In this document: positions 12,422-24,884 of the stretch, piece after piece
Numbering within the stretch: the first letter of the stretch is position 1
Layout of the letters: each line of letters begins with the position of its first letter
Source of the DNA: Euprymna scolopes
Lineage: Eukaryota
DNA: 64,000 bases
NCBI GenBank assembly: GCA_053919585.1
Contig: CM132786.1
Reading direction: 5' to 3' (one strand)
The notes under the pieces: generated by a model
Seen by the model: the letters and a program-made list of their open reading frames with translations, nothing else
What the model was told of the DNA's origin: nothing
Database searches by the model: none
Translations under genes and position numbers: made by a program

Positions 12422-13210
12422 CACTTCGTGTCAAATTATTAACGAGATAAGATTTCTTTTACCAGTTTCAGAAAGTTACCGGTAATTTCGTATCAAAAGC
12501 TTCTGAAACGTTGGCAATGATGAACTGCGCGTGCTGTGAAATTCTCGCAATGTTACGCGCAATGTAAACAATTTGCTATCATAATTGATGAATCCAGGGT
12601 ATAAATTATTAACAAGGTAGTTTGTTTCGTCATTAAAATGGGTCGTAATGGTGGTTTGAGTAGTTCTGAAAAGAGTACTATTACAGCACAATCAGCAAAA
12701 GGTAAAACTACCTTGGAAATATCGAAAATGATAGAAAGGTACCATCAAACTGTGAAGAACTTTGTCAAGGATCCTAAAAAGGTACGTAAGAGAGCTGATA
12801 ACGGTAAATCTAGAGTTACCGTTATCAGCTCTCTTACGTACCTTTGTAGGGTCCTTGAAAAAGTTTTTCGAAGTTTGATGGTACCTTGCTATCATTTTCG
12901 ATATTTCGAGGGTAGTTTTACCTTTTGCAGATTGTGCTGTAATACTACTCCTTTCAGAACTACTTAAACCACCTTTACGACCATTTTAATGACGAAACCA
13001 ACTTTCTGGTTAATAATTTGACACACCACAAATACCGTGGAGTAATCAATTACGATAGCAAGTTGTTTACATTGCGCGGAACAGTACGAACATTTTACAA
13101 CACGCGCAGCTCAGCATTGCCAACGTTTCTGAAGCGTTTGATACGAAACTAACGGTAACTTTCTGAAACTGGTAAAAAATGTTATCTCGTTAATAATTTG
13201 ACATACAGTT
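12422..13210. mobile_element. Palindromic (fold-back) non-autonomous Tc1-family transposon
   Basis: Flanked by TA on both sides. The left end CACTTCGTGTCAAATTATTAACGAG mirrors the right end CTCGTTAATAATTTGACATACAGTT. The whole element is an inverted repeat about TCT|AGA (12809-12814). Each arm encodes a Tc1 N-terminal HTH region (MGRNGGLSSSEK..GKTTLEISK..HQTVKNFV..RADNGK). Confidence 0.9.
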
Positions 13211-13241
<31 letters not shown>

Positions 13242-13903
13242 TTGTCCAGTCAATCAATATAGTTAATGTATTGACGTTTTAACAAGTACGTTTTTTCATT
13301 GGACTAAGCAATATAACAGCAAGCTGGAAAGCAGCTGAGTAGTATTGTGTTACACAGACGAGCAGTTCTGTTAAAATACTCATAAATCTTTCGTTTAGTT
13401 TTTGTAAAGGGAACATTGCTGACAGTTGTTGCAGGTAGGAGAGTAAATCGAAAAATTAATATTGATAAACGAATGATGTTTTGGGCTCGCTATTAACTTG
13501 GATGAGCTCTCGGTTATACTGGAAAATTTAATCCGTAGGTTTTCCGCGAGTTGATGCTGATTAATTTCACCTCATGTTTAACATGATTTGGATCTCTTGC
13601 GATTCTTGGATTTTTAATGTTTTCGTTGGATTTTTAATGTTTTCCTATTTTCTCTTGTGTTATAATTAAATGGCGATATATTATAATTATATTGATATCT
13701 GGCAGATTAACAAATGTTAATATAAAATNNNNNNNNNNNNNNNNNNNNNNNNNNNNNNNNNNNNNNNNNNNNNNNNNNNNNNNNNNNNNNNNNNNNNNNN
13801 NNNNNNNNNNNNNNNNNNNNNNNNNNNNNNNNNNNNNNNNNNNNNNNNNNNNNNNNNNNNNNNNNNNNNNNNNNNNNNNNNNNNNNNNNNNNNNNNNNNN
13901 NNN

Positions 13904-14165
13904 GAAATGCAAAAGGATATAGGGATGGTATGCCAAAAAGTATACAAACACGATAGCTATGAATGGCTAGGCACATGGAAATAGAATTGCATCCAAAGTA
14001 TAGCCCTATAGCTTTTCTCCAATGTTCATTCCGTTCCGTCATTACGGTTGTAAAAAGCTATAGGGCTATACCTTGGATGCAATTCTATTTCCATGTGCCT
14101 AACCATTCATAGCTATCTTGTTTGTATACTTTTTGGCATACCATCCCTATATCCTTTTGCATTTC
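13904..14165. repeat. Long inverted repeat, 113-bp arms and 36-nt spacer
   Basis: 13904-14016 is the reverse complement of 14053-14165 with 3 mismatches seen. The left arm starts at the N-gap edge. Confidence 0.9.
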
Positions 14166-14519
14166 CAATGCTTTTTTATTCTTGTTAATTAGTATTTTTA
14201 CTTACAGTCTTATTTTTTAACTTACATTCATGATAGTATTGTCTTTTTTAGGAGGCGGCTCATTGCCGCCTTCATTAGTAGCAGGTCGCTTCCTGTTAGG
14301 TTTTAGGTCTTTGGGTTTTGGGCCTTAGGAGTTGCCTCTTGGTCCTCCATCGGTTCTATATTACATAGAGAGTTCTACCGCCTCTCTGATAAAACAGTTA
14401 GAGTATTATAAAGTTCTAAAATGTTCATACCTTCACTATTAAATTTTTCTTGGTTCATTCTTTGGCGTTTTGGCAAAGATTTGGCAATTTTTGATATTTA
14501 TATTTATAATAGTTTGTGC

Positions 14520-15230
14520 ATGAGGCAGCTTTTTCCCCCTTGGGATCCCTGTTATACCGTGCTTTTGAGTCAGCACGTGAGGCAGCCTTCTTTTTTCTGG
14601 TTTTTTGTTATAAAGAGCACGTGAGGCAGCTTTTTTCCCTCGGAATTCCTGTTATACCGTGCTTTTGAGTCAGCACGTGAGGCAGCCTTCTTTTTTCTGG
14701 TTCTTTCTTATAAAGAGCACGTGAGGCAGCTTTTTTCCCCTCGGAATCCCTGTTATACCGTGCTTTTGAGTCAGCGCATGAGGCAGCCTTCTTTTTTTCT
14801 GGTTCTTTGTTATAAAGAGCACGTGAGGCAGCCTTCTTTTTTTCTGGTTCTTTGTTATAAAGAGCACGTGAGGCAGCCTTCTTTTTTCTGGTTCTTTGTT
14901 ATAAAGAGCACGTGAGGCAACTTTTTTCTCCTCAGAATCCCTGTTATACCGTGCTTTTGAGTCAGCACGTGAGGCAGCCTTTTTTTTATTTTGGTTCTTT
15001 GTTATAAAGGGCACGTGAGGCAGTTTTTCCCCCTCGGGATCCCTGTTATACCGTGCTTTTGAGTCAGCACGTGAGGCAGCCTTCTTTGCCTCAGGATTTG
15101 CATGATACTTAATTTTTATTATTTCAGCATTTTTCTGATAGTATTCTTTTTGCTCAGATAATACCTTGACTTTGTTTTTTTCATAGTCTATATTTCTCTG
15201 AGCTTTTTTACTTCGTGCTGACGTTGGCAT
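14520..15230 (-). pseudogene. Frameshifted repeat-rich ORF (KKAASRADSKARYNRDPE / KKAASRALYNKEPE repeats), probably transposon-derived
   Basis: ATG at 15230 and unique N-terminus, then tandem units delimited by CACGTGAGGCAGC. Frameshifts fall in A-runs. No catalytic domain is visible. Confidence 0.5.
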
Positions 15231-15797
15231 TTTTTATTAAATGTAAACATATAACACTTATGTGTATCTTACTATAATATCACTTATCTTATAGCAAGAC
15301 AACTCTCGTAGAATTGAGATACCAATAGTTAAAGTGTGGAACCGTATATACACCAATAGTGTAGTTGTTATCTTTATATGAAGTCCTAATCAGTGACAGT
15401 GTGAGGTTACTTGGTTAATTTATTGTAGTTCATTTTAGAAAACTTACTTGTTTTTATTAGTAGATTGTGTATAGTAGCCACAATATCTAGTTATTTTTGT
15501 GGCTAGGGCTTGGATTTTGATTCTTTTTGGTCAGCTTCCAGTGAGTTCTTAGAAGATGACTTTCTTGCAGTTTCTTTTGCGATTAATTTAACTTATTTCC
15601 TTTGGCGTTCGGTGAGTTCTTAGAAGAACTGGTCTGATCTACTTTTCTTAGCGAGCGAAGAGATTCAGCTGCATTTGACAATGGTTGCTATAGTGTATTT
15701 TTGCGCATGCGTGAGAATTTCAAGTTTCCTCCTTATTTTTCAATAGTTTGACAATAGTCATGTGTCTTTCTGCCAAGAGCGACAGACATCAGTGTTA

Positions 15798-15869
15798 GCC
15801 GTGATCGTCTAGAGGTTAGGACCCCACGTTGTGGCCGTGCTAACCTAGGTTCGAATCCTGGTAACAGCA
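15798..15869 (+). tRNA. tRNA-His: tRNA-His (GTG), probably a pseudogene
   Basis: GCCGTGATCGTCTAGAGGTTAGGACCCCACGTTGTGGCCGTGCTAACCTAGGTTCGAATCCTGGTAACAGCA. GTG anticodon, GTTCGAATC B-box and downstream TTTT. Two acceptor-stem mismatches and one anticodon-stem mismatch. Confidence 0.85.
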
Positions 15870-16604
15870 TTGACATTTTGTACATATTTTACAGTCCAAA
15901 ATCTGAAGAATTATTTGTTTTTATAACATTGTTTTTTGACGTCGTACTTGCTGATAGGTTACTCTTATAACAATTTTGATCAACTGAGATAAAGATTTCG
16001 TGGTTTCATTAACGCTGGTGGGTTACTGTTTAAAGAGAAAACCTTAACGTTCACCTCAAATATTCAGCGTCCAAGAAATATAGACCACTGGCAAACTGGA
16101 ACGTCTGTGAGCATCCGGTGTATTATTTGGAGCTGTCCCTTTTGAGAGAAGTTCCGTGTTCGAAGTGGTCTGTCTACATTGGGTATATAGTGTTTAAAAC
16201 TTGTTATTACACGTAATCTTATTTAATTATGGAGTTAGCTAAAAAGCGATGGGTCACTGCACTTCTCCGTGTAAAGAGCAGTCGATTGATGCTTGAACTG
16301 TTGTCAGAGACCGTTCGTACACCGAGATACATCGTCTCAAAAGAAAAAAGAAAGCAGAAGAAGAAAGAAGAACAATTGGCCATTTTTGTACCCCTTTTGT
16401 TTTTGCTCTCTTTTAATATTTTAACCGACGTTCTGACACTCGCTGGATTCGTAAGACGCTTCTCTGTAAGAATATGTGCTTTTTGAAACTTATCAGTTGA
16501 TTTTAGTTGATATTTGGATAGTTTTGTTTTGTAGGCGTTTATAGGCGTGTACGGGCCATCCCTATATAGAGAATGCTACCGTCTCTCTGATATATATATA
16601 TATA

Positions 16605-18100
16605 TATTAAATTTTCACCCAAAACTAGGAACGTTACCACTTTGATGTAGGGGGTTACTTTCAGGGACCTAAGTTGCAGGGGTACTATATACGTAGTTTA
16701 GCAGAAATATGTATGTTCACTTACACTTGAACTTCTGCACATCAGTACAGTTGGGGAAAAAGGAAACAAGAAGAGAATTCCAAAGTCCTGCAGTTCTTAG
16801 GAAGAAAATATTAGAGTAAAAGGGTTTCTTACATCTAAGGATCTCAACTGTGTAGGGGTTGGACTTCGCAGCTTGTCATGTCTGTCGGGGGTATTTTCGT
16901 CGAGAGGGTACAAGGTCGTGTAATTCGTCAGAGCATCCACCATTAAAATACTTGAAAGCAGGTAGAAGGATGCATTATTTCGTTGGTGAGACAGGGGCTG
17001 AAGTTTAGAGGAGTGTTCGAGACCTATTAGGTTGGCGACTCTGTTGTGGACCCTGTAGAGGAGCGACAGACTGGTAGCAGATGCACCACCCCAAATATTA
17101 CAGCAAGACTCCATACAGTGGCGAATAGTGGCTTTGTACAGAATATTTCAGGCGTAAGAAACGGTCTAGCGCGATAGAGAGAGACCACTTTCTTTGCAGC
17201 AATAATCTCGATGTATCTATTCCAACTCCTGTTTCTTGTGAACGTTAAGCCAAGGATCTTAAACGAAGTGCTCTCAGATAAAGTATTTCTAGCTATAGCT
17301 ATTGGTGGTTGGTAAGGTTTAACGTCATTATTAAAGGAAACGACCTTTGACTTGGCAGCGTTGAATGTTACATCCATTATGACGCCATTCCACTACAGAA
17401 TGAAGGTATTCCTCTGGGTTTTCGCTCATTACCTTAGATATGTGCTCATTAGTTTTTTTCCCATGTGCCTGCTATAGAGCGTGGTGTCGCCTGCAAATAT
17501 ACCCATCTCAGAAACAATTTTATCAGGTAAATCATTTATGAATATCAGAAATAACAAATGTCCAAGAATCGATCACTGAGGCACACTCGCATTTATATAA
17601 ATTATTTTGGACGTATTGCCATCGAGGACAACCTTGATTCTTCTCCCATTTAAGAAGGATCTAATTATACTAAGCATTCGTCCAGTAATACCATAGGATT
17701 TTATTTTAATCAGAAGATTATCGTGCTATACTCTATCAAAAGCCTTAGATATATCTAGGGCTACTTCCCTCCCCTCCCCTGCCTTATCTAGTGCGTTGTA
17801 TAAAAGTTCAGAGATTACAGTTAGAATATCTGCAGTAGAACAGGCTTGACTAAATCCATATTGGTGGTGTGACACGTTTAGCAGCTGTAAGGTGGTGGAC
17901 TAGAGCTTGATTAATTAACGACTCAAATGTATTGGCGAAACGATGGAGGAGGCTAATTTGGCGATAATTTAATGGTTTAGTTCTTTCGCCAGAGTTTTGT
18001 AAACTGGTACCACAGAAGCAGTTTCCTATCACTCATGAAAGCAAGATTCATTAAGGCATTTGCTAAGAATTTAGAGAGAACAGGAGCGAATTTTTTTTAT
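16605..18100 (-). mobile_element. CR1/Zenon-like LINE subfamily B, 5'-truncated and degenerate
   Basis: MESCCNIWGGASA, VTFNAAKS and NYRQISLL remnants; subfamily B 3' tail at about 16610-16670. Confidence 0.9.
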
Positions 18101-18189
18101 ATGTTTTTATAAGAAATAACAATCTTATGGAAAAAAATTCTCGGCCGCTCTGTCTAACCTGCCAATTAGGTTATGTGTAGAGCTATGAC

Positions 18190-18345
18190 AAGAGAATATT
18201 CTATTTTTTATTTTGACTCTCGAGTATATATCAGTATATATTCTGTATGTTTTAGATAGAGTGATGTGGTTCTCGATTGACTTACTGTGTCTAACTGTGT
18301 CGGATATATACTCGAGAGTCAAAACAATTATAAGAATATTCTCTT
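18190..18345. mobile_element. Small MITE-like inverted repeat
   Basis: Arms of about 43 bp (18190-18232 and 18303-18345) with a perfect 22-bp core TTTTGACTCTCGAGTATATATC / GATATATACTCGAGAGTCAAAA. Confidence 0.6.
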
Positions 18346-19017
18346 AGTTACGTGTGTGTGCTGTTGTACCAGGTCAATTGATTATACCCTATGTTATTAA
18401 AGGTGCGCACAGGTGAGGAGCCATTACTCCAAGTAATACTACGAAGCTGGATACTCTATCAGACCAGATCGATTTTTGGCATGAAATACAGTAAGACCAA
18501 GGGACGATAAGATATACTATTAAATATTTATATGGTCAATCGGGAAGAGGGAAATAATGTTCTGAACTTCTTTTCTAAGCGAAGGTTTAAGAGGTCATTA
18601 AGAAATTTAATGGAATGTTTGAATATCTATGTAGCTCATGTAGATACTAAATGATCGACTCAGGAACAAGATCCCCTTTTATTTCTGAGAAATGCGACTA
18701 AAGTGAGATGAATCAGAAGAAAATATATGTGTGTTTGCGTGCGTGTGTTTGTGGTGGGATGTTTTTCTTTACAAATAAATAGATAGATAGTGGACAAGAT
18801 ATATTTCACATAAGCCTATACCTTAGTTAGATTGTAAATGCATACCTTCTGTATTTACCTTTAAACATATATCTAATATTTCGATGTTAAAGTATAAATA
18901 AACGTATAATGAAAAAATATGATACGTATATTGGATGATCTTTTATGATTATTATTAATTTCTTTTATAAAACTAATAGGGAAACCAAATCATTTATTTT
19001 ATTATATATATATATAT

Positions 19018-19065
<48 letters not shown>

Positions 19066-20737
19066 TAAGAATAAGAAATAACCTAAGATGGAGTACTAGA
19101 GAATGGACACCTTGTGAATACGTCAAAAGCATTTTAGTAAGGTATAATCTCTTTTCTTCTTTACATTTTCAGCATAAGATTTTATATATATTCATATATA
19201 TATATATTTTATGGTAAATGCTCGACTGAGCTTTTATCACGTGATCTGTTTAATGAATATGTAGGAAGGACTCATCTAGTTATTAGAACTGTAAAAACAA
19301 TTTTCCATTTTACTCAATGTATCTTTATACAAACCTTACATACTTGAACAGAGTTTCTGTCCTAAACCTCTTATATATGAATGAACGATACCACATGTGA
19401 TTTTGCATCAATATCCACGACTAATCTTCCGGTCGTTCCTTTAAGTAATCACATTCTTGACAAAATTTTCTTTTTCCACCGTTGATAGTATTGCCCGCCA
19501 TCCAATAACACACACCGTATGTAGCATTATTCTCAATGGTTTTTATTAAGTTTATAATGATTAATTAATGCGAAAATACATACGTTTATTTCAATTTGCG
19601 ATTATACTTATATTATTCAATGTAAACTATGAAGTTGCTTATGACCTTCAAAGCAATATCGCATCGTACATTAAACGTATGAAGAGAAACAAATCAAGAA
19701 TGCAAGCAATGCTTGCTATTCTACTTGGTATGCGCAGTTATCCTACAAATTAATCACTTCATCTTTTATACTGCTGCGAAAATCCAATATTAACCCAGTG
19801 TGTGTTAATAACTATAGAGGCCGTAAATCAGTATTATACAGAATTTATTCAAATCGATATCACAATACAATGGGCTTGACTGCAAGAGCTTACAGCATCG
19901 TACAAAAGTAAACACTTGTATACAATAATGATATTTTTCTAAAACAAAATGTGTATGATAAAAAAAGTCGTTAAACCCATGTCATTCAAAGTTATTCAAC
20001 GCTTAGCTATGCACTTTCAGAATGATATGCACAATACTTCTGATACGTTCGTGTGATTTAAGTGATGCAATATCGATTACTGTGAGCTAAAAACGTGCGA
20101 CTTTTTATCATCTTGTTTCCATTATAGGTATTCATTCCGTGATCCATGTCTAGAATTGCGTATAAATGAATAGGTTCTGTGAAGGTGCCAAACATCCATA
20201 ATTGAAAACTGTGATATGGGGCTTGGTTCAAATTGACAGAATTAGATTATAAGTCCGCGTCTTACACTTCACTACGACTCAATAGCTAGATGATCCGTGT
20301 GCATCGCAAAATCAAAATAAAAGATAAGGCGAGAATGAATTCTAAACTAAATAGATACAAATAGGTAAAAAGGCACTGTTCCAATAAATGTAGCCAAAAT
20401 GCATAACTGCACGATTGATAAAAAGATTAACTATAGGTGTAACAACGATAGGATATGATTTCTTTCTGAATAAGTGTCTTACAATGTAGTAAGAATGTTT
20501 TTAAATATTTAAGACCTACATCTTTTAGGGGCTTTATAGTAGGATTTATATGAGACGCACGAAATGAAATAGACTACAGATATATTAAGAAGCTGCATTT
20601 CTTCCTCTTTTCGTTTTATACATTTACGTTTTCTTTTCTTTCATTATATAGAAATGTTTATATACAAGTAGAAAATGGTAGATTCGGAAAAAAAATTCTA
20701 CAAACACGTCAACAGCAAAAAAAGGTTTAAACATCAT

Positions 20738-23700
20738 GTTTTTACAAAGCAGTCACTATTTATCAAGGCTTGAGACCAATCGACGATAAGGCTTAGTGAG
20801 TGTATGGTATTCAATAGGCCAATATCGTAGTAATCGTTAGGAGTGGAAATTTGGTGAATTGGATTACTTAAGAGGACTGCTCATCAAGAAATTTTTCCCG
20901 TTGGTCTTGAAGACGATCATATTGTAATCAGCTGGAAAGCAGGGAATAAGAAGAGACTCCCACAAATATTCAGTTCTAATATAGAATCTTTGTTCATGAA
21001 ATCTACGTTTAGATTGAGGCAAAGATAAAAAGTTAGGAACTGATTGATAATGGTTTCAGCTAGAAGACTGTTTTTCGGGAATGTTAAGCATAGGGAACCA
21101 TAGATTAGAGCTCAAACGAGTATTCGCGATAAAACAGGCAAATTCGCAATGACTCTTCTGTGAGAAATAGATTGCAGAAAAGAGAGGAGTGTATCCTCTA
21201 CTAGCTTACAAATCTATTTTGAACTCTGCAAAACGGCACGATGTGCTTCTAGCAACTCCTGCCTAGATGTGGCAACAGTACTCGATCCTAGGACGTGCTT
21301 GGCTCTTCTACGGGTAGGGAATTGCATTAGCCGTAAAATATCTACTGGAGTGGTAGAATGGTGCTACAACTTTTCCAGCTTTACCACAAATTAGATATAC
21401 ATGTTCCATTGCAGATCAGAAGGAAAAGTTAGATCAAGAAGCTTGTCAAAACATGGAGCTTCACTAATATGACATCCATTCATTTCAATTCATGCCCGAT
21501 AAGGGTCAGAGCGCTTATTACATAAAGATAGACGCTTCGTTTTAGGTGCAGTAAAGTAACCCAGCCACGTTTCCCCCAGTGCACAGCGGGCTCAGAAGAG
21601 GAGAGAGAATCAGAGATAAATTTGAGTGTTATCACAGATGATAGTCTCATCAGCATAAATGTCTACGAATGATCTTAGAATGTGATTTGGAAGATCATTC
21701 AAGTTGATCAGGAAGAATGTTGGGCCAAGGATGGACACTTGAGAGAGTCCAACATAAATACTGTGAACTTCAGATTTTTGCCCATCGACAACTACTCTTA
21801 TTAATCTATCAGAGAAATTATTTAATAATTGAGAAGACATTTACAGATATACCGTAGCTGTAGATTTTGTGGAGTTGGCCTGTATGCCCACCATATCTAA
21901 GGCTTTTGATATGCCAAGAGTAATTGCCCTAGACAAGAAAATGTGCGTCATAATATTCGCTTATCCTATGAGATATAACTGTTCGAATATCTGCTGTAGA
22001 TTTAGCAGAACATAACCCATATTGCATGTCAATGAGGAGGTTATTTTTGCTGAAGTGGTTGACTACTGTTCTATTTAACAAGGATTTCAGCAACTTACTT
22101 ATGATGTACAGGAAATTAATTAATCTGTACTGAGAGAGAGAGAGAGAGATGACTGATAACTTGAATTTTAAAATACGTGGCATACTGATAGGCGGTTCCA
22201 GAGTTATGTGTAACATTTCCATTTAAGACAATGCTTGAACAGCTATAGAAACAAGTTCTGTTTTAAGATTTTTCATTACTATAATGGGAATGCCGTCTTA
22301 TTAGTTGCTTTACTGGAATCAAATTTTTATTAGCTTGGCAACATCACGAACAGATATTTGTATGTTTTCAGACACAGGATGAAATACGGGATGGTTGGAT
22401 GCCATGATCACAAAGGATGGAATTGTTGCCGATTTTTTGGAAACATTTTGGTTTTATCTTATGCGAACTAGGCCCATTGATAATAGTTGGGATGAAGCAG
22501 GCGCTTTTGTTCATGACTGTTTGTTATTTGCCAAATGTAATTGAAACCAACTGCTCAACTCCTTTGAACTTGAAGGACTAATCATACAACTCTTTCGCGT
22601 GTTTAGAACTCTTTTACAGTGGTTGCTGGCAATCCTGAATGCAGCTATAGTCTCAGTACATCTATTTCGTTTGACGCAATGGAAAATGCGTTTTATATAT
22701 GCAATAGGAGCAAAATATTCGAGAGAGAACAACGGTTGGCTGTTAGCTTTTCGCTAGAATTTTCTGAGTGTATAAAGCTGTCTATGCTTACAATTATATA
22801 ATCCTCCAAGTGTGATACTATAGAGGACACATTATTTTTAAACATGTGTCGCAGAAGTATATCTGTTATAAACGTACGGAAGCTATCTCAGTCTGTGGTA
22901 GAGTATCGATATACTGTACGATGAAGAGATAAATCTGAGGACTTATTACATTGTGTTTTATGTTGAGAGAGACAACTGAGTGGTCGGAAAATGCCAGTGG
23001 AGATAGAAGGGAGAATGGATATTTTTGTGAGAAAAAGGTCTTGTTGTGAGAAAACGGACAAGTTGTGAGAAAAATGTTTAGAAGGCTTGCATATTGACCG
23101 CCACTGTCGAACACATGGGTGTATTCGTAAACAATATGTGTTAGGTCATAAACAATGGAAAATCGTGACAGATATTTTCCTCATGATTTGTCTTATTTCA
23201 GTCGGCTAACAATTCCACATCGTGAATATTAAAGTCACCACAAATGTGAAAGTTAAACGATGGAGAAACACACAGACAAATATAATTGCAGTGGTGTTAG
23301 CAAGTGCAACCCTGAAGCACATATAGGGTAAATTAGGATCTTCTATAGAGATATCCCTGCCACACGGGAAACCATCTTTAATGTAGGCACATATTCCATG
23401 CCCATGGCGATCTTGGGGGTCAGATTTAGCTGTTAAATTAGAGTATCCGTTAATTATGAACTCATCTATGGAAGTGGTCGGCCCTATTCCAGTTTCGCTT
23501 AGAAATAATATGTTCGGTTTCGTCTCCTGTAATTGGGTTTCAACCTCTGGAAGGTTGGAACGTAGACCTCTGATGTTGGAGAAGGAGACCTGGTAGTAGG
23601 GGTCTACTTTGGAAGATAGGGTTCTAGGTTTATTTGAGTTTTTTTCTGGAAATATTTAATGTTGAGGTTTTGGGATTTGTGGAACAGATCGGCATATTTG

Positions 23701-24180
23701 GTTAGAGCAATACAGAGAGGGAAAGTAAGAGAGAAAAAGACAGGAAATTTTTTTGTAGTGCACGAAAAGGTAAAGCCGTAACAATTACCCACTAGTATGG
23801 CATCAGGAGGCCCCACCAGAGACTACTGCATGGTCCAGATCTACTCACCAAATGGCAATACAGCAGTCCCAGTACTTTGCGACTGCTGATAGGATAGCAT
23901 CTTTAGTGCTCACTCCAAGGTTCGGGTCCCTGACTATCAGGCGGATAACGTCAGCCCAGACAAAACGTTTACCTCCAGCACCCTTACTAGTGACATGGCC
24001 ACAAGGACAGACATAGAGATAGAAAAATTTCCAACATCTCAGACTACTGTTCATCAAGTACCACCGACCTTTAAGCAGCTTTTTCTTCTCCCTTTGTCAG
24101 ATAAATCACTCATTTAATGAGGACTGAGGGACAAAAAAGGAGAAGCGAGAGTTACTGGAGCTGCCGATAACACATCTATA
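20738..24180 (-). mobile_element. CR1/Zenon-like LINE subfamily A, near full-length and degenerate (5' leader, APE, RT)
   Basis: SILGPTFFLINLNDLP..DIYADET, QYGLCSAKSTAD, SDHSVVS (APE). The 5' leader at about 23700-24180 is shared with 45732-46110 and 52050-52545. Confidence 0.9.
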
Positions 24181-24289
24181 TAATTCAATACAAACTTAAT
24201 TCCGATTGAGTGTAACGAACACACAAATTGTTAAACAATAAAAAGTAAAGTGAATTGAAAAAAACACAGTAAACTAAACAATTCTTCAG

Positions 24290-24823
24290 ACGATGTGCCT
24301 AGCTTAAATAAACGATAATTTAAGGTTTAAGGAATAATAGTGTAAAAGTTACACCCGTCTTGAATAAAGATGGCTGTCTATAATATTAACGACGATATCC
24401 ATACAACTGTGAATATATTCAAAACGATTACTAAAACAATAAACAATTGAACAATTATATAAAGTATGAATATTTTAAATATCTTCAGAATGTAATTATT
24501 TATTTAATATCATATTTTGTAAAAAGATGAATATTATATATTAAAAAATATTTTTCATTTGAATCTGTTCTACCGTATGAAGATACATTAGGCACCATAC
24601 ATGTTTAATTATTTATTTTGTTTTATAACATTTGCTGAGAGAACATGCTGAGATAAGTAGAGATAAATGGTATTCTCAAATTATCGCCCATTTTTGCACT
24701 GATCAGGATCAATGTTGTTTAACTTAATCAAACAGGAACATGTTTTTCTACCTGATTATGCCATACATGTATATGTGTATATTTACATACACCTGATTAT
24801 ACCATAGCTTTATATATGTGCTG

Positions 24824-24884
<61 letters not shown>

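Noticed and set aside
13634-14042. ORFs spanning N-runs (also 37554-38030)
   Set aside because: Artefacts of assembly gaps.
19380-20280. Unique-looking sequence possibly hiding host exons (also 33400-34500 and ORF 16229-16486)
   Set aside because: No sustained reading frame or recognisable motif in the frames I translated; needs RNA-seq or a homology search.
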